From Isurus oxyrinchus (Eukaryota): a stretch of 64,000 nucleotides of DNA. Numbering within the stretch: position 1 is the stretch's first letter; every line of letters starts with the position of its first letter. Both the position numbers and the translations under genes were made by a program. The notes beneath the pieces are model-generated. The model ran no database searches and was not told the origin of the DNA. It was given only the letters and a program-made list of their open reading frames with translations. The stretch lies in contig JANJGN010000242.1 in assembly GCA_026770705.1 (NCBI GenBank), positions 434,001 through 498,000 on the forward strand. The letters run 5' to 3'. Below are positions 25,157 to 38,910 of this stretch, one piece after another.

Positions 25157-25171
25157 ACTGTCCCAAAATAA
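25157..25171 (-). other. NAR-TCR D segment A2 (12-D-12)
   Basis: TTATTTTGGGACAGT, open in all three frames. 5' RSS CACAGCG-12-ATAAAATCC (25172-25199); 3' RSS CACAGTG-12-GCAAATACC (25156-25129). Confidence 0.9.
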
Positions 25172-25564
25172 CACAGCGTTACAAGTCGGTATAAAATCCC
25201 CCGGGTACTTGGTGAGACCTGGGCACTTTAGTTAAACAACGGGCACTGCGGTTCCCGGTTCCAGGTGTTAGACCAGGATCACATCTGGTGTTAGGAGTTT
25301 GTAACTGGGCTCAATCATTCCCAACCCCATTCACTGACACCAATCCCGGGAAAGACATCACCATCCGCAAACACTCGGCATTTATAAAACTCAAGACGTT
25401 AACGGCAATAATCCAATCTCATTATAAACTAGACTGTGGAGCAGACGGTGTGAGGCGGAACTGTGGGGGGTTTAACTGCAGATTAACTCCACTGTTTCAT
25501 TTGTTTCTGTGATAATCTGCAGTGAGAGTTTTTGTATCGTGGGAAACCGAGGCCCATCATTGTG

Positions 25565-25854
25565 AGATTTGTATCTGTACTGAGCTTTACAGTAATAGGT
25601 GGCGGTGTCTTCAACTCTCACATCCCGAATTTCCAGCGAAAATGTCTTTTCTGCTTTATTCACCGACACAACAAATCTCCCCCCGCTGGAGATCCGCTCC
25701 CGCTCTGTCCCGGTTTGGGTTTGTCTGAAGAAGTCCCCGCCCGTCAATGGACGAGCGAAGAAACCACCATAGAAAACACAGGTGATGGTGAGAGACTGAC
25801 ACTCCTTCCTGGTCACCGCTGCCGGGGTCTGTACCACTGACTGACTGAAATAGC
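25565..25854 (-). CDS. NAR-TCR V exon A2, intact
   Basis: Open V ending YYCKAQYRYKS; RSS CACAATG-22-ACAAAAACT (25564-25527). Confidence 0.93.
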
Positions 25855-26002
25855 CTGTAAATTAAACAGAAAGATTTTAATGGACCATGAGAGCCGAACT
25901 GCAGAGCGGGGTTAAACCCCCAAACAGTGTCTGTAATTGCGATGGAGTCGGGCAGCTGTATGTTAAATCCACACAGTGTCGGTTTGTTTGATCGGTACTC
26001 AC

Positions 26003-26045
26003 GGGGTAAACAGACCCACAGGATGTAAACAAGGAGGATTCCCAT
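26003..26045 (-). CDS. Leader exon of V A2
   Basis: MGILLVYILWVCLP, donor GTGAGT. Confidence 0.9.
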
Positions 26046-27679
26046 CGTTCTGCTGCCTGGAACTGAGGATCTATATGACGGGGAGCTGGAGACTGCGGAC
26101 TTGGACGGCACTGGGAGACTGGACCTCAGAGCTGGCCTGAAATATTTTAGGGGGATCGAGTTGATTTGCACAGGGCAATTTCGCTGAGATCATTGATTTG
26201 CCGCACGGTTCCAGGGTACCTGGCTCAGTGTTAAGTAAATTAGAGAGAGGTTTATGAAGGAGGCTGCAATATTCCGACTCTACATTTGGATTGTAATCCG
26301 GATGTGAAAGCCCCTCCCACAATACTCTGGTGCACAGGTGTGGGGGAGGGGAGCTTTTCTTTCTGCCAGTTGTGCTGCTGCCTCCTTTCCTAGCAGTGAT
26401 GAGCAGGAAGGTCTTTGTAAGTATTTGTGTTGGGTGGTATGTGTTAAAGGTGGAATGTGGTCCCAGGACATCGAGAGAATCCCCCTGTCCCACTCCTATC
26501 CCAATATGCAGGAGATTGTTGCCTTGTTCTTGTCAATCCTGACGGGGTTACTGCTGTTTCGCAAAAGGAAATCACAAGGTTTGCTTTGAATACCCCTGCG
26601 AATTAGCCCCGCCAACACCGGAGTGTTCTTGAGCTATGAGCCCCACACGGGCTTCATTGATTAACTGGACCCCGTACAATTAAACCAGTTGCCCCCCCCC
26701 AAACCATTAACCAAAACTTATTACACTTGCAGCATTTCCAGTTCGGATAACATTTTACCGATCTGAAACGTTAGCTCTGATTCTCTCCCCCCTGAGATGC
26801 ATCCTAACCGGCTAACATTTACCTTTCCAGAATTTTCTGTTCTTTTATTTCAGATTTGCAGCTTTGGGGATCTCATCTTTTCGATTATTGCATCGTGTGG
26901 GATTGGAATGTCACCCCTGCTGCATTTAACCTGTCTCTGAGCTGTGCTGATTATCTTTGTTCGATTCTAACGGCTCTAGTTCATTCGCCACTGCACGGAG
27001 GGAAACCTCGCACCTAGAGACTGGGAAAAATGGTTGTTTTAAACATTTGCTTTATTCTTTCATGGGATGTGGGCGTCGCTGGTTTGTCAGCATTTATTGC
27101 CTTGCTCTAATTGCCCTTGTTCCAGGGTACTTAATAGTCAACCGCATTAATGTGGGCCCGGAGTCAGATGTAGGCCAGACTAAGTAAGGGCGGCAGATTT
27201 CCCTCCCTGAAGCACATAAGTGAAGCACTTTGGTTTATTAACGACAATCGGTAATGGTTCAGTGGTCATCATTAGAATTGTAAATCCAGATTATTAGGAG
27301 AATTGATATTGCACTGTGAATCCAGATTTGGAGGGTCAGCGTGTCTTCCAGGGTTAGCCCCTGACTTTTGAAATATTCTATCTTTGTCTTTCAGGAAGAA
27401 TTGGTGAAGATTCAGGTTCTGAACATCTTTCAGAATGAAGGGGTTGTGAATTGCCCTGGATATCACTGCACTGTGGTTTTTCACCATCCGCCGTCAGTTC
27501 TGTTTTACTACCTCCAATATCGCTTGGAAGATCTGAGATGTTCACTGAGTATCGGAGCTCGGTGCTGGGGTACATGTTTCCACATGTCCCAGTCATGGCG
27601 TCTGCTGTTTTACACGAAGGAAACGATACGGTTCCCTTAATATTGATAGAGCCCTTCAATTCGAAATCGCCGATTGTTG

Positions 27680-27773
27680 CTGTGCTGGACACTGCCGGAA
27701 TCAGACACACACGCCGCGCTCAGGCGCAGACACACACAACTTTAGCTATCGACCCTCTGCTGGACACTGTCAT

Positions 27774-27814
<41 letters not shown>

Positions 27815-28255
27815 GACACGCCCACACACGCACCTCATGCAATCTAACCACTGCTGGACACTGTCATGTTCACAAACACACACACATACACACAGACACA
27901 CACACATTCAGATAATCGACCTTCTGCTCCACACAGCCGGAATCTCTCACACACACAGGCACACACACAAACACGCATGTTTAGCAAATTACCCTCGCAT
28001 ACACACACATACACACACACACACACACGCACACACAGAAACCTTTAGCAACCTACTGTCTGCTGGACACGGTGATAATCACACACAAGCACATACACAC
28101 ACTCAAAAGTTTAGCTCTGCAGGACACTGGGATAATCACACACACACACACGCACGCACGCACACACCTTAAGCAATCTTCTGTAGAGTTTCATAATCTC
28201 TCACACACACTTTTAGCAGTCTACCTTCTGCTGGACACAGCCGGAATCACACTCC
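27680..28255. repeat. Compound CA/CT microsatellite-minisatellite block
   Basis: Direct inspection. Confidence 0.9.
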
Positions 28256-29769
28256 TTAACCGTTCTGCTTTTCGTTCAGCGAAGTGGCATAGGGGCTTTG
28301 TCACTGCACCAGTAACCCAGGTAATAACCCCCGTTCAAATCCCACCATGGCACTTGAATTTAACAGCTATCTCGAATTACCTTCAGCGCGAAACCGCTCT
28401 TAAATGTCATGACAAAATCCATCTGGCTCGCAGATGGCTTGTCCGGCAGGGGACTCTAAACACTCAGCTAGTTAGAAGTGCAGACTCTCACTTGGCAGGG
28501 CTCTGTCATCAGCAGCGAGTCTACCGATCAGCTTTTATGCTCCCATCCAAATAATTTTGGAGTATAAAATCAATTAATTATGGCCATACTCGGCATGTTG
28601 GTAAACATGGGTGCAGAGCGAATCAGAAATAAGGATTCATTTCCGCGACATTTCATCTGAAGTCAATTTGAGGAGTTGTAGGTTTCTGGTGAAAGGTCAC
28701 AGACTGGGAACTTCATTCTCTTTCTGGTTATGCTTCCAGACTTTTGTTTTGGCGTTTCGAATTTGGTTAACATTTTGCTGCGAGATACACGAGAGGAGGG
28801 AGGAATTTCACCCGCAGGGCAATCGCAGGCACATTCTTTTAGGTAACTATCTGGTCACATTTTGGGACGAGAATAAATATGCCCACATTGCGGACACTTC
28901 AGTTTAAGCACGGATTTTACTGTATAGTTATATTAATGTTCTTTAAGAATCATCACACAACGGTACAAAAGAAACACGCAGGATCTGTCTCGGTTCCCTG
29001 GTACATCATCAGACAATGAAGCTCCCAACGTAGCAATTCATTTCTCCTTATATCTTAAACTTACGTTCCCTTTTTTTCACATTTTCTTTGTGCTGTTTTG
29101 GCTTTTTGCAATCGGGGAAACTTGCCCCAGACTCTCTAAATTTTCGGTTGTGCTCAGCCTGTTCATTTCCGCAGTCCTTTTACTGTTACTCACTGGGAAC
29201 TGCCTTCCGGCTCTGACAATTTGGACTCTCTCCGCTCATTAACTGATCCTCTCCTGGCTTCACTGGGTGGAGCTTTCCCTCAGTTTTACATTATCGAAGA
29301 AAAAGAATGTGGAGGGGAAATGTGCCATTCAACCTGTGTATATCATCAATTCCGGCCAAACCCCGCCAGGAATCTTATTGAACAATTACATCCAGCTCCC
29401 TGTGTTCTTCTGTTCGGTTCTCCCTTCTGCATTTTCAAGTGTACCAATAAATCTTCCAATACTGTCTCCAACCTCTCCCCGTGGCCGCAAGTTCCACATT
29501 CTGACCTGCCTTTGCTTCAATTCATTTGTCTTAAATGTTTTATTTGTTCTGTCATTTACTCTCATATGTTGACGGCTATTGCTTTAGACTCAGTGTGTCC
29601 AGACTAAAACCGGTCATTATTGAAAAAATTCTGTGGATATTCTTCGTGGTTCTCTTTTCCAGAAAGAAGAGACTCAACCTCTTCAATCTTCCCAGCGAAA
29701 TGTGGATTGCTGCTGATTTCTTTATTCAGGAGTGTAGGAAATCAAGGCAGAGAATCCAATCAATAGAAG

Positions 29770-30290
29770 CAGGAGCCCCCATATCACCTTTCAAACCTGC
29801 TCAGCTATTCAGTAATATCCGGGCTGATTTACAACCTCAATGTCACATTCCTGCACTCTCCCCATATCCATGAGCCCATTAATGTCCGAATAACTGGCGC
29901 ATATTGCCTTGAATGCACACAGATTAAGAACATCCACAGCTCTCTGAGTTACGGAATGCCACCAATTCACAACAGTGGTTGTACTGAAGATATATTTTCC
30001 TTCTCAGATGACTCTTTATTCTGAAGCTGTGTCCCCGAGTTCTATACTCCTCAGTCTGGGGAAACTCCGGCAAAGAATCTGCCCTCTCAAAGCCATTCAG
30101 TATATTAGATATTTTCATGAGATCACCTCTTATGCTACTAAACTCTAGGAAATATAGACCGAGATGACTCAATTTCTTTACATTGGTCAATCCCTTCATC
30201 TCAGGAATCAGTCTGATGAATCTTTGCTGCACTTCTTCCAATGCAGATTGATCTCCCTTCTGTAAGTGGAAGAAAACATTACACAGCATT
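29770..30290 (-). mobile_element. CR1-like LINE 3' fragment
   Basis: ORF 29924-30289. Confidence 0.78.
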
Positions 30291-31180
30291 TCGAACTGGA
30301 GTCAATTTCAGCCCTTCCCTCCATAAAGCTCATTCACCACGGAGTCGGATTGTACTTTGAAAGGCGCCCAGAAATCATTCAACCCTTCTCCCCGTTTCGA
30401 TTATTTTTTTTTTCTTTCTGGTTCTGAATGAGCATTCTCCTAGTTTGTAATTGTTCCCTTATGTTCCTCACTGTCTCACTGCACTGTGTAGCTTATTCAA
30501 AGTAATCAGAAATACAGATACATTTCAGCAATCCCATCTCTCAAACATTTATTAGTCACAATAGATGAGTGTCTGCAGTTCCATATTTTCACATTTGGGT
30601 CTGAGGGCGGAAAAGGAGGAGAGTGTTTGGTTCTATGAAGACAATTGAAAGAAACGGCAGGTGCATTGTTACTAATTTTAGTCACTGATTTTCCAATAAT
30701 AAAACTCCACCTGGACCCACAGTAGGGTGTCTTATATCTGAAGTCCCTTTTGTCACTCTGCCGTTTGTCTCCCGGGTAAGTTATTGAACGAGCCGCTGCA
30801 GGTTTCCGAATAGGCCGCAGTTTATTGAGTTTATTCACCCGGTGCCTCATTGATATTGCGCGGCACATACTGCAATCTGTTGCTCAGGACGGGGCTCTGT
30901 GACCCAGTTCCCGGGCTCTAAGGGACAGACAGAGCTCCCTCGGTCACAGTTAACACCGGGAGTGTGGTCCGGATTGTCGACAAACTGCACTTATTTAGAG
31001 CGATTCAGAGTGTGAGAGTCCGTGATGTTGATCATGTCCCCGATGTGCGCGTTGATCCAATAATGGTCCAGATTCCATCATCTCCCACATCCCACCCAAA
31101 CACCGCTGATATCAATAATAAACTGACGGTGAACATTACCCGGGATAGTCTGTAACCCGGCGAGGTTTGGATTTACTTAG

Positions 31181-31237
31181 CGGCTGTGACAATCACCACC
31201 GTACCGGACCCATCCACAGAATCATATTTATAACCCA
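31181..31237 (-). pseudogene. NAR-TCR J segment B2, splice donor lost
   Basis: GYKYDSVDGSGTVVIVTA; intact 23-RSS (heptamer 31238-31244); donor CTAAGT. Confidence 0.88.
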
Positions 31238-31619
31238 CACAGTGACACCGCACTCTGTGTCCCCTGTACAACAACCTTCGACACCTCAATCTGCTGGGAG
31301 GTCATCATCAGACCGTAGAAAATGCCCAATTATTCAATGTATTTAAATAAATAAACAATATTCACCATTTCAAAGTCTCTGTTGTTTCAATCTGTTGTTG
31401 TTAAGACCCTGAGCTCTGAGTAAATGGTCCCGGTAACGAGATATTCGCTTCCTAATAACCGAGAAAAATATGAAAGAAAGATACCAGAATAATGGAAATT
31501 ACAGTGAATTGTTACCAGATTACAGAGATAATAACATCAACCCGACAATTCACTATCCATGCCCAGATAATTTATATTGCGATCGTTCAAAGGTATTCTC
31601 TCAGGTCTCTCCCACTGTG

Positions 31620-32120
31620 ACTGTCCCAAAATAATGCTACAGTAATATCTGGACTGAGTTTTACAGTAATAGGTGGCGCTGGCATCAATTCTCACATCCC
31701 GAATTTCCAGCGAAAATATCTTTTCTGCTTTATTCGCCGACACAACAAATATCCTCCCTCTGGAGATCCGCCCCCGCTCTGTCCCGGTCTGGGTTCGTTT
31801 GAAGAAATCCCCGCCCGTCAAACGACGAGCAAAAAAAATCACCACAGAACACACAGGTGATGGTGAGAGACTGACACTCCTTCCTGGTCACCGCTGCCGG
31901 GTTCTGTGTCACTGACTGACTGAAAGAGCCTGGAAATTAAACAGAGAGAGTTTCATGGACCATCAGAGCCGAACCACAGAGCGGGGTTAAAACCCCAGAC
32001 AGTGTCTGTAATTGGGATGGACTCGGGCAGCTTTATATTCAATCCACACAATGTCGGTTTGTTTGATCGGTACTCACGGGGTAAACAGACACATAGGTTG
32101 AAAACAAGGAGGATTCCCAT
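31620..32120 (-). pseudogene. Germline-joined NAR-TCR leader-VD pseudogene B2
   Basis: Leader 32078-32120 and acceptor (31930/31929) intact; +1 frameshift in CDR1 T-run. Junction YYCKTQSRYYCSIILGQ, then 12-RSS heptamer at 31613-31619. Confidence 0.9.
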
Positions 32121-33779
32121 CGTTCGGCTGCCTGGAGCTGAGGCTTTATATGACGGGGAGCTGGAGACTGCAGCCCTGGACTGCACTGGGAGAACGGACC
32201 TCAGAAGTCGGACTTCTAGGGGCATCGAGTTCATTTGCACAGGGCAGTTTCGCTGAGAGTCATTGTTATGCCGCAGGCTTCCCGGGTCGCTGGTTAAGTT
32301 TTGTGTGAATAAGAGACAGGTTTCTGAAATTAGGCTGCAATTTTCAGACTCTACATTTGGATTGTGATCCGGATGTGAAAGCCCCTCCCACAATACTCTG
32401 ATGGACGGGTGTGGGGGAGGGGGAGAGCTTTTCTTTCTGCCAGTGACGAACTGGGAGACCGGTGCATGTATTTATATTGGGTGGTCTTTGTTAAAGGTGG
32501 AATGTGGTCCCAGGACATCAGGAGAATCGCCCTGTCCCGCTCTTTTCCCAATATTCCGGAGATTGTTGCCTGGTTCTTGTGACCCTGGACAGGTATCTAC
32601 TGTTTCGCAAAAGGAAATCACAAGGTTTGCTTTAAATACCTCTAGGACCGCCCCTCTGCCAACACAGGAGTGACCTTGAGCTATGAGCCCCACACGGGCT
32701 TCATTGATTAACCGGACCCCGTACAATTAAACCACTTCCCCCAAAACCATTGACCAAAACTTATTTCACTTGCAGCATTTCCAGTTCGGATAAAATTTTA
32801 CCGATCTGAAACGTTAGCTCTGATTCTCTCTCCACTGAGAAGCATCCGAACCGGCTAAGCTTTACTTTCCCAGAATTTTCTGTTCTTTTATTTCAGATTT
32901 GCAATATCTCTGGTTTTCGGCATTTCGATTATTGCATCGTGTGGGAGTGGATTGGAACCCCTCCTGTGTTTAACTTGTCTCTGAGCTGTGCTGATTATAT
33001 TTGATCGATTCTAACGCCTCCTGTTCTTTGGCCTGTGCACGGGGGCGGGGGGGGGGGGGCGAGGGAGGGGATGGGGGGTGGGGGTTGTCGGTGGCGGGAG
33101 GGTACTTCGCACCGAGAGACTTGGAAAAAATGGTTGTTTTAAACATTTGTTTTATTCTTTCATGGGATGTGGGCGTCGCTGGTTGGTCAGCATTTATTGC
33201 CCTGCTCTTATTGCCCTTGTTCAAGGGCATTTAAGAGTCAAGCGCATTGAGGTGTGCCCGGAGTCTGATGTAGGCCAGACCAGGTAAGGGCAGTAGATGT
33301 CCCTCCCTGAAGCACATTAGTGAAGCAGGAGGGTTTATTAACGGAAATCGGTAATGGTTTAGTGGTCATCATTAGAATTGCAAATCTACATTATTAGGAG
33401 AATTGATGTTGCGCAGTGAATGCAGGATTGGAGAGTCAGCGTGTCTTTCAGGATCAGCCGCTGATTTTTGAAATATTCTATCTTTGTCTTTCAGGAAGAA
33501 ATGGCGAAGATTCAGGTTCTGAACATCTTTCAGAATGAAGGGGTTGTGAATTGCCTTCGATATCACTGCACTGTTGTTACTCACCATCTTCCGTCAGTTC
33601 TGTTTTACCACCTCCAATATCGCTTGGAAGCTCTGAGCTGTTCCCTGAGTATCGGAGCTCGGTGCTGGGGTACATGTTTCACATGTCCCAGTCATGCCGT
33701 CTGCTGTTTTATACGAAAAAAAACGATACGGTTCCCTTAATATTGATAGAGCGCTTCAATTCGATATCTCGTTTATTGG

Positions 33780-33987
33780 TGTGCTGGACACTGCCGGATG
33801 CACACACGCACGCCGCATTCAGGTGCAGACACACACATGCACACACACACAACTTTAGCTATCTCCCCTCTGCTGGACACTGTCATAACCTGTCTCTCTC
33901 TCTCTCTCTCAGACACACACACACACACCTTAAGCAATCTAACCACTGCTGGACACTGTCATAATCACAAACACACACACATGCATA

Positions 33988-34032
<45 letters not shown>

Positions 34033-34640
34033 ACATTTAGATAATCTACCTTCTGCTGGACACTGCCGAAATCTCTCTCACACAAACGCACACAAACACA
34101 CATACACACACACACACACACATTTAGCAAACTACCCTCGCATGGACACACACACACACAAACCTTTAGCAATCTGCCTTCTGCTGCACACTGTGATAAT
34201 CACACACACACACACAAACGCACACACTTTACGCAATCTACCATCTGCTGCAGAGTGCCATAATCACACACACACACCTTTTGCAATTCACCTTCTGATG
34301 GACATGCCGGAAGCACTCACAGACACACAGACACACATTTAGATAATTTAACTTCTGCTGGACACTGCCTCAATCTCTCTCTCTCACACACGCACACACA
34401 CACACACACACACACAAACCTTAAACAATCTGCCGTCTGCTGGACACTGTGATAATCACACACACACACACGCACACACACATACAAACTTTTAGCTCTG
34501 CTGGACACTGTGATAATCACACACACACACACGCACACACACCTTAAGCAATCTACTCTCTGCTGTAGAGTGTCATAATCTCACACACACACTTTTAGCA
34601 ATTTAACTTCTGCTGGACACTGCCGGAATCACACTCCTGA
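33780..34640. repeat. Compound CA/CT microsatellite-minisatellite block
   Basis: Direct inspection. Confidence 0.9.
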
Positions 34641-36169
34641 ACCATTCTGCTTTTCCTTCTGCGAAGTGAGATCCGGTGGCGTAGGGGCCTTGTCACTGCA
34701 CCAGTAACCCAGGGTAATATCCCCGGTTCAAAACCCGCCATAGCACTTAAATTTAATAATTATCTTGAATTACCTTCAGCGGGAAACCGCTGTTAACTGT
34801 CATGAAAGAAACTAACTGGCTCGCAAATGGCTTGTCCTGCAGGGGTCTCTAAACACGCAGCTAGTTAGAAATGCTGACTCTCACTTGGCAGGGCTCTGTC
34901 ATCAGCAGCGAGTCTACATATCAGCTTTTATGCTCCCATCCAAATAATTTTGGAGTATAAAAACAGATAATTATGGCCATAATCGGCAAGTTGGTAAACA
35001 TGGCAGAGCGAATCAGAAATAAGAATTCATTTCCGTGACATTTCATCTGAACCAAATTTGAGGTGTTGGAAAATTCTGGTGAAAGGTCACAGGCTGGAAA
35101 CTTCGTTCTCTTTCTGGTTATGCTTCCAGGCATTACTTTTTGTGTTTCGAATTTGGTTAACATTTTGCTGGGAGATACAAGAGAGGAGGGGGGCATATCA
35201 CCCGCAAGGCAATCGCAGGCGCATTGTTTTAGGATCAATTTAGTCACATTTTGGGACGAGAATACATATGCCCACATTGCGGACATTTCACTTTAAGCAC
35301 GGATTTTACTGTATAATTATATTAATGTTCTTTAAGAATCATCACACAACGGTACAAAAGAAACACGCAGGATCTCTCTCGGTTCCCTGGTACAACATCA
35401 GACAATGAAGCTCCCAACGTAGCAATTCATTTCCCCTTAATTTTTAAATTTTACGTTCCCCTTTTTTCACATTTTCTTTGTGCTGTTTTGTCTTTTTGCA
35501 ATCGTGGGAACTTGCCCCAAACTCTCTAAGCTGTCTGTTGGGCTCAGCCTGTTCAGTTTCCGCAGTCGTATTACTGTTACTCACTGGGAACTGCGTCTTC
35601 CGGCTCTCTGACAATTCGTGCTCTTTCCGCTCATTAACTGATCCCCTCCCGGGTTCACCGGGTGGAGATTTCTCTCAGTTTTACATTATCGAGGAAGAGG
35701 AATGCGGAGGGGAAATGGGCCATACAACCTGTGTACATCATCAATTCCGGTCAAACCCCACCAGGAATCTTATTGACCATTTACATCCAGTTCCCTGTGT
35801 TGCTCTGTTCCGTTCTCCCTCCTGTTTGTTGAAGTGTTCCACTAAATATATCAATACTGTCTCCAACCTCTCCCCGTGGCAGCAACTTCCACATTCTGAC
35901 CTGCCATTGTTTCAATTAATTTGTCGTAAATGTTTTATTTGTTCTGTTATTTACTATCATATGTTGACGGCTATTGCTTCAGACTCAGTGTGTCCAGACT
36001 GACACCGTCCATTATTGACAAGATTTCTATGGATATTCCTCTTGGTTTTGTTTTCCAGAAAAAAGAGACCCAGCCTGTTCAATATTCCTACAGAGATGTG
36101 GATTGTTGCTGATTTCTTTACTCAGGAGTGCAAGAAATCAGGGCAGAGAATCCAATCAATACAAGCAGA

Positions 36170-36690
36170 AGCCCACATCTCACCTTTCAAACCTGCTCAG
36201 CCATTCAGTAATATCCGGGCTGATTTACAACCTGAATGTCACATTCCCGCACTCTCCCCAGATCCCTGATCCCTTTACTGTCCGAAAACCTGATTAATAT
36301 ACTCTTGAATGCTCACAGATTATGAACACCCATATCTCTCTGAGTTACGGAATACCACAGATTCACAACAACGGTTCTGCTGAAGATATGTTTTCCTTCT
36401 CAGATGACTCTTTATTCTGAAGCTGTGACCCCGAGTTCTATACTCCTCAGTCTGGGGAGACACCGACCCAGAATCTGCCCTGTCAAAGCCCTTCAGTATA
36501 TTAGATGTTTTCATGAGATCACCATTCATTCTTCTAAACTCTAGGAAATATAGACCGGACGACACAATCTCTTCTCATTGGTCAATCCCTTCACCTCAGG
36601 AAGCAGTCTGATGACTCTTTGCTGCACTCCTTCCAATGCACGTTGATCTCCCTTCTGCAAGAGGAAGAAAGCTATACACAGCATTTCGAA
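36170..36690 (-). mobile_element. CR1-like LINE 3' fragment
   Basis: ORF 36320-36565. Confidence 0.75.
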
Positions 36691-37573
36691 CTGGAGTCTA
36701 TTTCAGCCCTTCCCTCCATAAAGCTTATTCACCACGGAGTCGGATTGTACTTTGAAAGGCGCACAGAAATCATCCAACCCTTCTCCCCCTTTCGATTATT
36801 TTTTATCTTTCTGGTTCTAAATGAGCATCCTCCTATTTTGTAATTGTTCCCTTATGTTCCTCACGCTCTCACTGCACTGCGTAGCTTATTCACAGTAAGC
36901 AGGAATACCGATACATTTCAGCAATCCCATCTCTCAAACATTTATTTTTCATGATAGATGAGTATCTGCAGTTCCATACTTTTACATTTCAGTATGAGGG
37001 CGGAAAAGGGGAAGAGTGTTTGGTTCTATGGAGACAATTGAAAGAAATGGCAGGTGCATTGCTACTAAATTTAGTCACTGATTTTCCAATGATAAAATTC
37101 CACCTGGACCCACATTAGGGTGTCTTATATCTGAAGTCCCTTTTGTCACTCTCCCGTTTTTCTCCTGGGTGAGTTATTGAACGAGCCTCTGCAGGTTTCC
37201 GATATGCCGCAGTTTGTTCAGTTTATTGACGCGGTGCCTCATTCATGTTGCGCGGCTCATACTGCAATCTGCTGCCCAGGAGGGAGCTCTATGACCCCGC
37301 TCCCGGGTTCTAAGGGACAGACAGAGCTCCCTCGGTCACAGTTAACACCGGGAGTGGGGTCCGCATTGTCGACAATCTGCACTCATTAAAAGCGACTCAG
37401 ATTGTGAGAGTTCGTGATGTTGATGTTATCCCCGATGTGCCCGTTGATGCAATAATGGTCCAGATCCAGTCAACTACCACATCCCACCCAAACCCTCCAC
37501 TGATATCAATAATAAACTGACGGTGAACATTACCGGGATAGTCTGTAACCCGGCGGGCTTTGAAGTTTCTTAG

Positions 37574-37629
37574 CGGCTGTGACAATCACCAGCGTCCCGG
37601 ATCCATACACAGAATCATATTTATAATCA
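37574..37629 (-). pseudogene. NAR-TCR J segment T (C-type; dead heptamer and donor)
   Basis: DYKYDSVYGSGTLVIVTA; heptamer AACAGTG (37630-37636); donor CTAAGA. Confidence 0.87.
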
Positions 37630-38011
37630 AACAGTGGCACCGCTCTCGCTGTCCGCGGTACAACAACTCTTGACACCTCAATCTGCTGGGAAGTCATCAT
37701 CAGACAGTTGAAACTGCGCAATTATTCAGCGGATTTAAATAAATAAACAATATTCATCATTTTAAAGTCTCGGTTGTTTCAAACTGTTGTTTGTAAGGCC
37801 TTGAGCTCTGAGTAAATGGTCCCGGGAACGAGATATTCTCTTCATAAAAACCGAGAAAATTATGAAAGAAAGATAACAGAATGATTTGAACTACAATGCA
37901 AAGTAACTAAATTACAGCGATAATAACATCAACCCGACAATTCACTATCCGGGCTCGGAGAATTTATATTGTGATCGTTCAGAGGTATTTGCTCAGGTCT
38001 CTCCCACTGTG

Positions 38012-38319
38012 ACTGTCCCAAAATAATGTTGCCGTAGTATCTGTACTGAGCATTACAGTAATAGGTGGTGCTGCCTTCAACTCTCACATCCCGAATTCCC
38101 AGCGAAAATGTCTTTTCTGCTTTATTCACCGACACAGCAAATCTCCCTCCGCTGGAGATCCGCTCCCGCTCTGTCCCGGTGGGGTTTGTCTGAAGAAATT
38201 CCCGTCCGTCAAAGGACGAGCGTAGAAACCACCATAGAAATCATAGGTGATGGTGAGAGACTGACACACCTTCCAGGTCACCGCTGCCGTGTTCTGTGTC
38301 ACTGACTGTCTGAAAGAGC
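38012..38319 (-). pseudogene. Leaderless germline-joined VD pseudogene T
   Basis: Acceptor at 38320/38319; 1-nt deletion in FR2; junction YYCNAQYRYYGNIILGQ; 12-RSS heptamer 38005-38011. The leader intron is truncated at ~38381 and abuts a LINE fragment. Confidence 0.88.
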
Positions 38320-38389
38320 CTGGAAATTACACAGAGAGCCTTTAATGGACCATCAGAGCCGGACCACAGAACGGGGTTAAAATAAATTC

Positions 38390-38910
38390 AGGAGCCCCCA
38401 TATCACCTTTCAAACCTGCTCGGCCATTCAGTAATATCCGGGCTGATTTACAACCTCAATGTCACATTCCCGCACTCGCCCCATATCCCTGATCCCTTTA
38501 CTGTCCGAAAACCTGGCGAATATTCTCTTGAATGCACACCGATTATGAACACCCACAGCTCTCCGAGTTACGGAATGCCACAGATTCACAACAATGGTTG
38601 TACTGAACATATAGTTTCCTTCTCAGAAAACTCTTTATTCTGAAGCTGTAACCCCGAGTTATACAGTCCTCAGTCTGGGAAACACCGGCCCAGGATCTGC
38701 CCTGTCAAAGCCCTTCAGAATATTTTATGTTTTCATGAGATCGTCTCTCATTCTTCTAAACTCTAGGAAGTATAGACCGAGACAACCAAATCTCATCCAA
38801 TTGGACAATCCCTTCATCACTGGAATCAGTTTGATGAACCTTTGCTGCACTCCTTCCAATGCACATTGATCTCTCTTCTGTATGGAGACCAAAATTTTAC
38901 ACAGCATGTC
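38390..38910 (-). mobile_element. CR1-like LINE 3' fragment
   Basis: ORF 38725-38907. Confidence 0.75.
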
